A DNA stretch of 64,000 bases from assembly GCF_964188315.1 (NCBI RefSeq), contig NC_135660.1, forward strand, positions 19,282,001 to 19,346,000, read 5' to 3'. This document shows, one piece after another, positions 37,854-50,541 of the stretch; the stretch's first letter is position 1, and every line of letters starts with the position of its first letter. A model generated the notes under the pieces. That model searched no databases and was not told where the DNA came from. It worked only from the letters and a program-made list of their open reading frames with translations. This stretch comes from Podarcis muralis. Lineage: Eukaryota. The translations under genes and the position numbers were made by a program.

Positions 37854-39214
37854 CCTGGAGGGCACTACATTAACTACCTGAAGCTGGAGATAAGGGCAGA
37901 GTGTGTGGAATCAGCAAGGGACTGAAGACAGGGACAGCAGACTAAGAAAAGGGGAATAAGAAAGGTGGGACTTGAGAAAGCAGAGACCCAAGAAAGAGCT
38001 CTGGGGAAAGTCAGCTGAGAACAGGAAAGGGAAGCTAGGAATGGCCTCACCCTCCCACTCGGCCACAAACTATCTTTCAGTGGGTCAATTTATGCTTTCC
38101 AGGCCAGGTAAGGAATTAATTGGTCTATAGGAGCAGTGCAAGAAACACAAGGATCCCCGCAGAAGCTTTTGGAGTCATCATTCCAGGTGTCTCTGTTAGA
38201 ACATCAGCAGTTTTTGACTAGTTGGAGGAGCTGTGTAATGTGGGATCCATGAAGAAGATGGCAGCTCTGGGGAATATCACTGCATGACAGAGAACTGAAG
38301 CACGTATTCAACGAGTCTAGAGCAAAGTAAACTCAGGAGTCAACAGCTGAAACAGCCCATGCTCAGAATTCCAGTTTATTATTTTTAAGCCATCAACTTA
38401 TATAGATCAAACCATCCACATAACACAAAATAAGTAAATCGTTTTGCACAAAGGTTCGACAAGACACTGCAGTTCTGATAAAAAGGGGCAAAGTCATGAC
38501 GCTTCACTAAAATTTTATTTCTTAAAGAAAGGAATCAGTTACCAAAAAGGGAGAGTCAATGCATGACTTTTTACCCTCCACGACCATCACAAATGAACAA
38601 TGACAGATAAATACCTCCAGGTAGGGCTGAGGAAAACTCCTTTGAGAACCACTTGAGAGTCACTGTGGACAATCCTGAGCTATGTGGACCAATGGTCTGG
38701 CTCTCTATAAGGCAGCTTCATAAGAAGATATAAATGGAAGGGTGTAAATGTTCAGTAATTCAGGACAGGGTGGGATCTTCAATCTTGCAATTCAATCCTA
38801 TGCATTTCTACTCAGACTTAAGCCACATTGCATTCAGCGGGGTTTACTCCCAGGCAGGTGTGTGCAAGAGGGGGTGCCAACAGTTTTGAGGCCTGTGGGC
38901 ACGTTTAGAATTTTGAGAAAGTGCCCTGAACACCAATCACAAAATGGCTGCCATGGGGCGTGTAGCATGACACAAAATGGCTGCCACATATTAAAGAGCA
39001 GGAAAGGAGACAGGGCCACAAAAATGTGCAGCCATGCTCCCCCATCTGCCATACCCATCAATGGGAAAATGGCAACTACATCAGTGGCCACAGCACTTGC
39101 TCACCGAGGCACCCATGGGTACCACATTAGTGAATTCTGAGATGGTGACAGATCTAAAATCTTCACGTGGACTTCATCCTCGAGTGAGGATTTCAACCTG
39201 GGTCTCCCCAGCTC

Positions 39215-40165
39215 TATGAATGATTTTACTTTATTTGGTCACAGGCCAGCATAAGCAAAACATCTAAATAAATAGCATAACAGTATGAATCCAAGTGAAT
39301 AATTATTAAATAAATGGGAGCAAGAACCAACCATAGATTAAAACATATACATAGAATATTTGATTAAGCATTAAAAATGGGTGAATAAAAACTTATAAGA
39401 AGAATGAAAAAAGACCAGTTAAAACAGCTATATGGGGTGGGGCTTCAATGATACAGATCTAACAATATGGGGCTTCATTTTGGGACTGATTTGTAGCATA
39501 GACCTTCCTTCGATGAGTATCTATCATGGCAGCACAGGATCTGGCGACTAAATATGTGACTTCTGGGCTTCCGTCCTGTAGTAATAGGGAGATGTTGTCT
39601 TGTTCTGAACGCCCTGGGAATTATATAGGATGGGCTGGATAAACCTGGCTCGAATCTCTATATAATACTGGCAACGAAGAAGGGCATGCTCTGTTGTTTC
39701 CTGCTGCCCAGAGCCACAGGGGCATTTCCTCTCCCCGTAAGGTTTCTACCTATAACGGTCTTCCTGAATTGCTGAAGGCAGGGCCTGACAACGGGCCAAG
39801 GTGAAAGCCCTTTGCTGTTTTGGTATTTTGAGATTAGCTATGTATGGCATTTGGGAAGTCACGTATCTTCTAGTTTCACTAATTAGAAATTTTGGGACCT
39901 GGCTAGGTCAACCTGTCGTTTAGTATCTACCACTCGCTGTTTAGTGTTGTTTTTTGCTTGTTCGTACCCCATGTCAAGTAAGATCTGTGGATTAAATCCT
40001 AAAGTTGTTATTATATTTTCCACTGCTTGTTTCCATGTTGTTTGGAAATCGTCTTTAATGGTCAAGGAAGCAAGGCTGCTCGGAAGGAAGCCTGGTCTCA
40101 GCCAGTAATTAAGAGTGGCGGTCCCTAGGTCTAATCTAAGCAAGTAACAATGATACCACACTGAC
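39215..40165 (-). mobile_element. 3' fragment of a non-LTR retrotransposon with a C-terminal CCHC knuckle (clade uncertain)
   Basis: Translation RAFTLARCQALPSAIQEDRYR*KPYGERKCPCGSGQQETTEHALLRCQYY; one stop and a frameshift; 3' end TGCTGGCCTGTGACCAAATAAA. Confidence 0.75.
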
Positions 40166-40576
40166 TCTCAATGATGAAATGCTGCTTCATAATAATAATA
40201 AAAATAACAAAATAAAAACACAGTAATTTTAGAACTGACAATAAGCCACTGTCAAAGCAAGAGTGAAGAAGTTTAACCTTAAAGTCACCCTTTAGGGAAC
40301 AGTTTAATCAAAATCTAGAAATCTAGTGTAAAATCTCACAAGTCTATTAGAGTTTCTGGTTTTAGGCCTCTAGAAAGTTCTGCACGTGCTAATCTAATGG
40401 TAAAGCTGGAAGAACTGGCCACCGCTGTTCTACAGCTTAGTACGCTAGCAATAAAACTGAAACTGTGAAATTGAGAAAAATGTGAAAATATTAGGTATGC
40501 TATGTGATCCAAGACACAAAGCTGTCAGGTGTGGGATGCTTATTCCCAACCCTATATGTAATAATGTTAAATTTCA

Positions 40577-41295
40577 TTAATCAGGGTATAACAGAAACCC
40601 TGAAAATACAGAATCAGTGGTTTCATCAGCCACCAGCCCGTTTTGAGAGCCATTCAAAACCTGAAGCCAAATCTCATCATCTTCAGAGAGGTGAACCAGC
40701 ATCGATCCAGAGACCTGGGAAACGCTCTGTGGAGGCTGCCTTACGCTTGACACCTGCATAAGTCTTTCACCGTTGTGGAAGAGCGCCGCCCTCAGCGCCT
40801 TGCCAGAGACACTCAGGTGATAACTGAAAGAATAGACTCCTCCAGTGTTGGCAGTAAATATGCCCGATTCCTCGTGATATGCTTCATTTTCATTCAGGAA
40901 AACCTTTTCAAATCTCACTGGGGATCCTGGCAATGGGAAGCTTCTCCTTTTCTGAAGGCCAGCTGAAAAGGCTACAGGTTCAACCGATCTGCAGTCCCCC
41001 TTCTGGCCCTTTTCGCCTCTTCGGCCTGGAAGTCCAGTTAGCCCTTCTCTCCCAGGGGCACCAACTGTTCCCTGCATCCCTGCATCTCCTTTTAAACCAG
41101 GAGCTCCTTGAATTCCTGGTGGCCCTCCTGGTCCTATCTCCCCCTTCTCACCTGCTATGCCTCTTTCTCCTTTCTCCCCAGGGTCACCTTTCTGTCCAGT
41201 GTCACCTTTTGGGCCTGGTTCTCCACGTTCCCCTGTGTCTCCCTTTGGCCCCGGAATTCCTATGGGGCCAGGGCTCCCAACCTCACCTTTGTCAC
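40577..41295 (-). CDS. Otolin-like collagen/C1q gene, last exon (34 Gly-X-Y triplets and gC1q domain)
   Basis: GDKGEVGSPGPIGIP...GQKGDC, then VAFSAGL...FEKVFLNENEAY...GVYSFSYHL...IWLQV...[12 protein letters not shown]. The in-frame acceptor is the second AG of TTTTCCAAGAG. Confidence 0.88.
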
Positions 41296-43175
41296 CTCTT
41301 GGAAAAGAAAAATCGGTAGAGCCACCATATTGTTCTGCCTGATGAGGGGACACTGGTCTACCTACAGCAGCCCTGGATCTGGAATCCCCCCTTTCCGCTG
41401 TTCTGCCTTGTCCGACGTCTACCAAAGACCGCAGTTCTCCTCTTCTCCTAGCAAGTCTCAGCACATCTGGAAGGAAACAGGAGCAGATCTTTATCCACTG
41501 TCATATAAACTGAGAAAAATTCTCAATCAAAACATATAGCAAAATTGCACTAAGCTCAAGTATAAACAGTAACATGCTTACACACACACAGGACCAAACG
41601 AATCTCAACTAGCATCATTGCAGGTCCTCATTTATGTTCCAGTTTCCCCTCTATAAAACATGCAGCTATAGGGGAGGGGGCACTTCAGTGGAAGTGCTTT
41701 GTATACAGAAGGTCTCAGACTCAATCCTTGCATCTTTCCTTTAAAAATTCTGGGGAATGTCGCTGCATGAGACCCTGTGAAGCTATTGCCACTTCACAGT
41801 AGACAGATCTGGGCTTGATGGACAAATGATCTTTCATGGTGCAAGGCAACTGTCTGTCTTCCATGGGGGCAAGAAACAGACTACAAAATCTATTACTATA
41901 GACCTCCCAGTTGGGTTGGTCCTGTACCTGCAGCGTAATGCAGCAAAATGCAGCTCTTTGATCTACATTGACACTATTCGAGGAGGAGCAACAACAAATA
42001 GTACTGCTACATTGCTATATAACTGAAATGCCATAACCCAGCCCTTAACTGAACAACTTCTGCCCAATGTGTTCTACCTTCACCAGCCTATGAGTAACCC
42101 TTACATATTGCTTTGTGATGGGTGCTTAAATCTAACACCCAAAAGGTCCAAGAAACAGCTTCAAATTTTACAGTTAAATGTATGCATGAAAAGATGGTAT
42201 GAGCATCATGGTAACTATCATCATACTTTGGGTCAATGACTGTAACCATAGGAGTCCCTGAGGTCATATTTAAAGAATCATTAAAATGTACTCATTTATA
42301 TGATACTCTGGTGTGTCTCCAAATGAGCCATTACAGCTCCGTGTGGTGAATTATGCACCCCTCTAGAAAGGATTGTGCTTTTCTCAATTACTGCACAGGA
42401 GGTGCCGAACACATTCATATTCCACGCTGAACTGAGCACCACCAACACTTCTGAAACATAATGGTTAATGCCAGGACATGAATCCCCTGGCATTTTCACA
42501 TGAGGCTGAAACCACCTTTGAATATATCTTATGCTGTTTGTGTTAATGGTAGGGATGCAATACAATTAATAGTTAATAGTTAGGTTAAATGTGCCTACAC
42601 TTACAAACGTGTCTAACCAATAGTTCTGATTTTGCATTGCAACAGAAATCATCTTAAAAGATACAATCTTCACTAGGTAAGGGAAGGGGATTTGTTTAAA
42701 TGAAGAATGCAGTCTGAAGTTTTATAAGCATTTCCAAAAAGGTGTGCTGGTTTAATAATATATCAAAAGTTTTTAAAGCAATTAGTCTGGTGGATTAATC
42801 AATAAACACCACAGCCACAGTTCATAGTATTCATGCAGAAGAAAAGAAAAAAAAGCATTTGCAAGCCTCATGAACATTCTGCCCAGTGTAGATCAAAGAG
42901 CTGCTTTAAGCTACATGTGGGAAGCTTAAACCCCCACCATGCTTTACTAGCTGGGCTGTAGCTCAGTGGAAAAACTCATGCATTGCATGCACACACAAGG
43001 TCCCAGTTTCAATCCCCAGTGTCTCTAGGTAGGGCTAGGAAACACACTTGGTTCAAAACCCTGCAGAGCCTACTGAGGTGGATGGACCAATGGTCTGACT
43101 CAGGTCCCATCTGTACAATACATTTAAAATAGTGTCTTGTCCCTTTAAAGAACTCCCTGAATCCTGGGGAGTGTA

Positions 43176-43497
43176 CAGTGGTGCCCCGCAAGACGAATGC
43201 CTCGCAAGACGGAAAACCCGCTAGACGAAAGGGTTTTCCGTTTTGGAGGTGCTTCGCAAAACGAATTTGCTATGGGCTTGCTTCGCAAGACGAAAATGTC
43301 TTGCGAGTTGCTGCAGGGTTTCCCCCCCCCCCTTTTCCCAAGCCGCTAAGCCGCTTATCAGCTGATCCGCTAAGCCCGCTAAGCCGCTAATAGCGCTAAT
43401 CCACTAAGCCGCTAATGGGCTTGCTTCGCAAGACGAAAAAACCGCAAGACGAAGAGACTCGCGGAATGGATTCTTTTCGTCTTGCGAGGCACCACTG
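43176..43497. mobile_element. Tigger-like MITE (second family) nested in a larger palindromic repeat (about 43113-43745)
   Basis: TIR CAGTGGTGCC / GGCACCACTG, TA TSD, internal GCAAGACG and GCTAAGCC repeats. Confidence 0.88.
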
Positions 43498-44815
43498 TAG
43501 TTTGTTAAGGATGTTGAGAGTTCTTGGGAGACCCCTATTCTCTTCCACTCACAGAGCTCCAATTCTTAGAGTGGTATAACAAGCAATGGTTCTTCCCAGG
43601 GAACTCTGGGAATTGGAGCTCTGTGAGGGGAATCGGCGTTTCTTAACAGCTCTTAGCACCCTTAATAAACTACAGTTCCCATGATTCTTTGGGGGGGAAC
43701 GTCATGACTGTTTAAAGTGGTAAGATACTGTTTTAAATGTATAGCACAAATGGGGCCTTAAGCCTTGGCCTAACACTGAAGATCCAGAATGCTTTTCTTC
43801 TGAGAAGCCATGATGTCTTCAGAACCAGTCATTGTTAGTCTGTTGTCTATCCCAATAGTTTTCCAACTTTCTACTTCCCAGGAACTCTTCCCACATTGAC
43901 ATTCGTCAAGAATCTCTTGCATGTCTGCCACGGAGACCCTGTGGGTTGCAGAGGAGTCTGGGAAATGTTTTAGGCTGCACACACATACAAAGTGCATGAA
44001 GAACATTGGCCATTCCTGGTGGGCCTCATTACTGCTATGCATATACCCAGGGCTGTTTGTTTGTTTGTTTGTTTGTTTGTTGCAGCCGGAACTCTCTGGA
44101 ACTCAGTTCTGGCACCTCTCAGGTGGGCGCCATTGCCATTCTGAACGAACAAGGGAGGTGTTTGTGGTGAGTTCCAGGACCTTTTTTTCCTAGAAAAACA
44201 GCGCTGCCCCAGATTGCTGCAGCTGAACATTTTGTAGTACCATCAATAGTGGAGGGCAAGCTTTCCTGAACAGGAACTTGGCAGTTGTTACTGAGGTTCC
44301 TTATTGAGGAAGCCTTGCTAAGATTACAAGGAGCCCTGGGATTTCCCAGAACACTGTTTGAAAACCACTCATTTATCTCAGTCACCTCACGCTGTAGTTA
44401 CATCTGTCCAAGTCACGCTGCTTCATTGCAGGTGCTTCATGAGTTCAGCAGAGTCTTGGGGCTTATTATAAAATTGCAGATGGTCTGCTACCAAATACTA
44501 CCAGATTATGAGAAGGAGAACATGGGTGTTATGGGTCAGGCAGCTCTGCTGGCGTTTGGTGCTCTGCACACCGGCAAGTTTGTGTGCGAGACGCGAGGGA
44601 CACAATTTGTCCATTTACCCGCCGCCGAGTATCTCTTTACTTCATTGCACAGAGCATTTGGATTTGGGGGGATTTTCAGTATGATACTGATCCGGTTGTT
44701 TTTAATTAGAAAATAAATGAATGGCGTTCAGTTTTGGTTTTTTTGTTGTTGTTTTTAAAAAAGGAAAGAAAGAAAAAGATTTTGGCAACCTGAAGGCATT
44801 AAGCGATACAATTAC

Positions 44816-45419
44816 CCGCATTCTCTTTTTCACCTTGGTCTCTCTTTTGTCCTTCGGCTCCTGGAATTTTACAGAAGCAGCGTCGCTCAGTATCGGTGCT
44901 GTTTCCCTTTGGTGCATTTGAGAAGGCAGGATCTACGCGGTCGCCAACTGCAAGGCCTTTGTTAGTCGCAGAAAATGGAACCAGGCGGGTAGTACGGTTT
45001 TCCTCCCTGGAAACACCCATAGCTGGGGAGGTATGCTCTGTGTTTGGAGCAGTGAACAATTCCAGGGCCACCTGTTGTCTGGATCCAATGGCAGTGGTGG
45101 TTGTGGTGGTGGCCCCTGGTTCCAGAAGGTTCTTCTTGCTTCCACCCACCCCGTTAAAGAAAGAGGTTGCCGCAGGTGTCACGGCGATCTGGGAACTCGC
45201 TCGACTCCCACCATCTGTGACCAGATCAATTACATTGGTCTCTGGGTCCTGATCAGGGGGAACAGTGAAGGCTTGTTTAGGGTCTTCAGTTTCAGCGACA
45301 CCGCTGAGTGACTCCATTGTGAAGAGAGGGTAGGGAGAAAAGCTGACGATGGCTGATGTCCTCGCGGGGCTCCAGAGGGCGCTGGAGAGCAGAGCTTGGA
45401 TCAGGAGTATGGGAATCAT
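44816..45419 (-). CDS. Otolin-like collagen/C1q gene, first coding exon: signal peptide, Ser/Thr-rich stalk, CxC and start of collagen
   Basis: MIPILLIQALLSSALWSPARTSA...RCFCKIPGAEGQKRDQGEKENA(G); donor GCGG|GTAATT, phase 1; acceptor TTTGCACCTTTTCAG|ACATG just upstream of the ATG. Joined to 40577-41295 it gives 1323 bp, 440 aa. Confidence 0.8.
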
Positions 45420-45451
45420 GTCTGAAAAGGTGCAAATATAGATAGATGATA

Positions 45452-45896
45452 NNNNNNNNNNNNNNNNNNNNNNNNNNNNNNNNNNNNNNNNNNNNNNNNN
45501 NNNNNNNNNNNNNNNNNNNNNNNNNNNNNNNNNNNNNNNNNNNNNNNNNNNNNNNNNNNNNNNNNNNNNNNNNNNNNNNNNNNNNNNNNNNNNNNNNNNN
45601 NNNNNNNNNNNNNNNNNNNNNNNNNNNNNNNNNNNNNNNNNNNNNNNNNNNNNNNNNNNNNNNNNNNNNNNNNNNNNNNNNNNNNNNNNNNNNNNNNNNN
45701 NNNNNNNNNNNNNNNNNNNNNNNNNNNNNNNNNNNNNNNNNNNNNNNNNNNNNNNNNNNNNNNNNNNNNNNNNNNNNNNNNNNNNNNNNNNNNNNNNNNN
45801 NNNNNNNNNNNNNNNNNNNNNNNNNNNNNNNNNNNNNNNNNNNNNNNNNNNNNNNNNNNNNNNNNNNNNNNNNNNNNNNNNNNNNNNNNNNNNNNC
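45452..45896. other. Assembly gap (445 N)
   Basis: Run of N next to a GATA repeat, immediately upstream of the paralog's first coding exon. Confidence 1.
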
Positions 45897-46507
45897 TGAA
45901 ATAAATTACTATTATAAACCACAGCTGGGAGGAGGGCAGTCATGTTGTTTTGCCGGGGTTGTGTTGATTATGCCGATTCACAGGGCTCATGCCTCAGACC
46001 ATCAAGAACCAAGGGTAGCATGATGCTCAGGATGCCAGACTTGGACCAGAGATGTCATGGTTCTAACTCAGGGGAAGAAAGACCAGAACATCTGCCTTGC
46101 ATGCAGACAGTCCCAAATTCAATCCCTTGCATCTCTGTGTAGGGCTGTGGATGTTTCCTGTCTCAAACCCTCGAGGGCCACTGCCAGTCAGAGCAGACAG
46201 TGCTGAACTTGATGGACCAATGGCCTGACTTGGTGTAAGGCGCCTTTCTATGTTCCAGGGTAACTCCTGCTCAGCCATGGAAGGTCACTGGGCCACCCTT
46301 CTCAGTCTAGTCTGCCTCACAGGGTGGTTGCGAAGGAGAGAAATTCTGTGCCTCCCCCTTGAGCAAATTTAAGATGGACTTGGGCTGAGCAGTCCTTGAA
46401 ATACAGAACAGTCCTCCGGGACATCTTAGAAGGGATAAAGGACTCTCCCCCACCCTTCCTTTACTTCCTTACCCTTTGTGCTATATAAAGGGGCTAAAAA
46501 AAAAAAA

Positions 46508-46885
46508 AAAAGGTAAAGGACCCCTGACAGTTAAGTCCAGTCGCAGATGATTCTGGGGTTGTGGCGCTCATCTCGCTTTACAGGCCAAGGGAGCCGGCGT
46601 TTGTCCGCAGGCAGTTTTTTTAGATCATGTGGTCAGCATGATTAATCCGCTTCTGGCGCAATGGAAGACCAAAACCAGAGCAGCACACAGAAATGCTGTT
46701 TACCTTCCCGGCGGAGAGGTACCTATTTATCTACTTGCACTTTTTGGCATGCTTTCGAACTGCTAGATTGGCAGGAACTGGGACCGAGCAACGGGAGCTC
46801 ACCCCATCGCGGGGATTCGACCCGCCGACCTTCTGATAGGTAAGCCCAAGAGGCTCAGTGGTTTAGACCACAGCGCCACCCGTGC
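46508..46885 (-). mobile_element. Sauria SINE
   Basis: Core GTACCTATTTATCTACTTGCAC, box B GGATTCGAC, CCTTT tail running into poly(T). Confidence 0.9.
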
Positions 46886-47319
46886 TCTAAATCTGAGCAT
46901 TATATAATTATGGGGCGGCGGGGGGGGGGGTAACACAGTTTTACATACTGAACCATTTCATATATAAAGTGCAAGGGGGGGAATTAAAAACACATACAAA
47001 TTCCAACACCATTCCAATACCCTTCTTCTTCCAGGATAATTATTATAAATTGCTAGGGGCTTGAGCAGGCCAGTTCCTTCTCACCACCATCCTTTGTGTT
47101 CCTTTTCTGGAAGCGTGGGCACCCTAAAATTCCATTTCTAAGCTGCTTATTTCATTCATTCATTCATTTTATTTATATCCCACCCTCCTTCCAGAAGGTG
47201 CCCAGCGTGACAGACCCAGCAGTGATAAAATATTAAAAAATACAACAGCAACAAAACAACAACACCAGCAACTAAAACAGTTTAGAACACTCTAAAACAA
47301 TTTAAAACAGTCTAGAAAC

Positions 47320-47477
47320 AATGGGTGCCAACTTGAATAAAATATTGGGGGGGGCAGGTAAGCCCTACCCCGCATAATCAGTCACGTGATACAGGGCATG
47401 CACACCATATGAATGGGGGGCTCTAATATTTTATGGGGGGGCAAAGGGACCTCGACCCCTAGGAGTTAACTCTTATG
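47320..47477. mobile_element. hAT MITE
   Basis: 8-bp TSD CTAGAAAC at 47312-47319 and 47478-47485; degenerate TIRs. Confidence 0.7.
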
Positions 47478-47538
47478 CTAGAAACCACCTAAAACACTCT
47501 AAAGACTACATTAGCCATGTTACAGTGTTATAAACATG

Positions 47539-47558
47539 CGGCACTAGATGGCGCTACA
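47539..47558 (+). promoter_or_regulatory. Candidate CTCF binding site
   Basis: GGCACTAGATGGCGCTAC closely matches the CCAC/G-AG(A/G)(G/T)GGCGC core. Confidence 0.5.
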
Positions 47559-48978
47559 GAGCACAAAACTTTGTCCATGCATTTTGCATAGAGTTTTTTT
47601 TCTTCTTTTGTTATAATGATTTTATTTATAACTTATTTGTAGCAGGGCGGGGGGCTTCCCTGTGTGTAGATCCAGCCTAGGAAATACTTTAAAATGTTCT
47701 CAATCAGTGATCTCATGTTTGCTAGGAACAGTGCTTTTCAGCCATCAAATGCCTGGGGAACCTGGAATGTTTTTTTTACATTTTTCCTGAAAGTCAACAA
47801 TGAGGGAGACACATGCACCTCACTAGGGAGGGCTTTCCACAAACTGGGAAACTCCAACAAAAAGGCCCTGTCATGGGTTACTGCCAACTACCTAGACTCA
47901 ATAGACCTTTTGTTTAAACACCAGTCCATCTGACAGCCCACCAATGGTTTGATTGTACAACATGGAAGCAAAATCATTCTGAATTCCTGTAGGGGGGGAA
48001 TGGTTAGTAAGCACAAGTAGTAAATTCAAGATGGATGGTTTACCTGGAATGAGTCTTCAGAATACTCAGATGCTTTCCCCACCACATCCGTGATGCTGAA
48101 ATGGCAAACTGAGCTGACTTAAATACTAAAACCTCAAACAAAGATCACGTATTTCGTACAATAAAGAAAAGCATGCAGGAGGGGCTAAGCTACTCTTTGG
48201 TATAAATAATTGCTTCCTAGAAAAGCCTGCAAAATGCACTGTTTTGTTGTATTTTAATAAATAAAACTTGTTCTTAATGACCTCTGTTGTCTGAAAAGAT
48301 AGGTTAGTTTTCCAAACCGGTGATTGCTTCTCAATACCTGTTATTAAGAGGAATAAGGAGCGACTGTTTCCGCAGAACTTTCCGCCCTCTTTTTTGTTTC
48401 TTTCTTGAAAGAAATTAACTTTTTAAGGATTAGATACAACATTTCCAGATGTATTAAAGGCCCAAACTAAAGCGTTACATCAAGAATTATTTTTAACTAA
48501 CTGTGCTTAGAACTGGTTGCAGCCCTTTGTTTGGGGAGAGGAGGACAGATACAGGGGACCCAATCCAAAGAAGTGTCCTAGCATGGTAAAAGGGAGGGAG
48601 GGGTTTTAACCCTTTCTGCTCCCATGCCATTTCACTGCTCAAATTCCCCGCTACCAAAGCCACTACCAAGGCTGCTACTTCTCCTCAATGCTGCTATTCG
48701 GAGGCAAATGACATCTGGGTGGACAGGTTTTGGAAGAAAAACAGCACAATAGAAGTTCAAAATAATAATAATAATAAATCATTCCCCCATCCCATACAGT
48801 TGCACTCTGTATCAGAGGTCCCCTTGGCTAATTTTTTTTCTGGGCACGCACACTAGTTGAAAATGGTTTCAGCCAAAAGTATTGCAAAAAAGGAAAAGAA
48901 ATGGAGAGGAGGCTGAAAATATAGTCCAGAAGTCATGGCCTAATTATGAGAAGAGCAAGTGATCCCCAGTTTGTTTTA

Positions 48979-49025
<47 letters not shown>
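48979..49025 (+). repeat. (TTAC)n microsatellite; compound (TTTA)n(TTCA)n at about 50092-50148
   Basis: Direct reading. Confidence 0.9.
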
Positions 49026-49143
49026 TTTCATAGAATTTATATACTGCTTGATTGTAAAATAAAATAAAATAAAAGAAGGTGGTTTGCAAAAAAAAAAGAT
49101 AAACAATAAAAATGTTAGCAAAAACAAAACATTCAGAAAATTT

Positions 49144-49479
49144 TGTTGTTGTTGTTTAGTGATTTAGCCATGTCCGACTCTTCGTGACCCCATGGACCAG
49201 AGCATGCCAGGCACTCCTGTCTTCCACGGCCTCCTGCAGTTTGGTCAAACTCATGCCGGTAGCTTCGAGAACACTATCCAACCATCTCGCCCTCTGTCGT
49301 CCCCTTCTCTTTGTGCCCTCCATCTTTCCCAACATCAGGGTCTTTTCCAGGGAGTCTTCTCTTCTCATGAGGTGGCCAAAGTACTGGAGCTTCAGGATCT
49401 GTCCTTCCAGTGAGCACTCAGGGCTGATTTCCTTAAGAATGGAGAGGTTTGATCTTCTTGCAGTCCATGGGACTCTCAG
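49144..49479 (-). mobile_element. Bov-B LINE 3' fragment
   Basis: MRREDSLEKTLMLGKMEG...HGVTKSRT; (ACA)n tail. Confidence 0.9.
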
Positions 49480-50541
49480 ATTAAAATGAGCAATAAAATA
49501 AAAACACTTCGGGATTCTAAATATCTAGGTAAGCATGTCTAAACAAAAAACATTTTTGGCAGGTGCCAAAAGGAGTTCAATGAAGGCACCTGTCTGATAT
49601 CAATCGGCAAGGAGTTCCACAGTGTAGATGCCAACGCACAAAAATATCAGTTTCTTGCAGATGTGGAATGGGGATGATGTGGGACCTGTAGAGTCTAGCT
49701 CAGTCCTCTCCCCACATACACAACAGGGTTTCTCCCCAAAGATGTGGAGGGAGAGCCTCAGTATTTGCCACAAGACCCCTGATGTTTACATAATTCAGTG
49801 ACAACAACAGTCTGTCCTAAAATTCTATAATTGCAGCAATAGGCAAAAGGAGTACTATGGATTACCTGGCAGCACCCACAAAAAAAGAAAACAAGGAACA
49901 ACTGCCAACGTCCCAATGAATGAGTTCCTTATTTATCTTTCCCAGCAGCAACTTCTATTGTGATTGCAGGTTTAGCACATTGCAGGTAACTTCTAGTCCA
50001 CTAGAGAGCAACAGTAGACCATTTTTTTTATTGCCTTGTTTGCTTCACATTTTTGGAAAGGCATCTCTTCAGAGGCCCACACATTTATCTCATTTATTTA
50101 TTTATTTATTCATTCATTCATTCATTCATTCATTCATCCATCCATTCATCAAAAAGTGGAGAAAATCACACTAAAGTGATGGTAAATTTTCACGGGGACT
50201 TTAAAAAAACCAAAAACTATGTGGAAATGTGGAGTATGGGGAAAAGGAGAAACTGAAATTGACAGGTTTGCCTATATTACCACAGTTAATTTATATGTCG
50301 CCAGTTCCCCATGGACACTAACACATGCCTCACAATTTTCAGGTGAGACCTTTAAAAGACAACACAGAGCAGGATGCAAGGTATACTGCAATTTCGGTGC
50401 TGAGTTCTGTGAAAGCATGAAATGTCAGAAATAGTCAGGCACTTGCACTAAATGTCTCATGTGAATGCCAGGGCCTGCCCCCATCCCTACCCCCAACTAA
50501 AATTGACCATGTTTGCCTATCCTTAGGGCTGGTGTACATGT

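Noticed and set aside
40577-45419. Second collagen-C1q gene as an allelic or haplotig copy of OTOL1
   Set aside because: Exon structure differs, and the N-terminus, C1q sequence and introns are unrelated or highly diverged.
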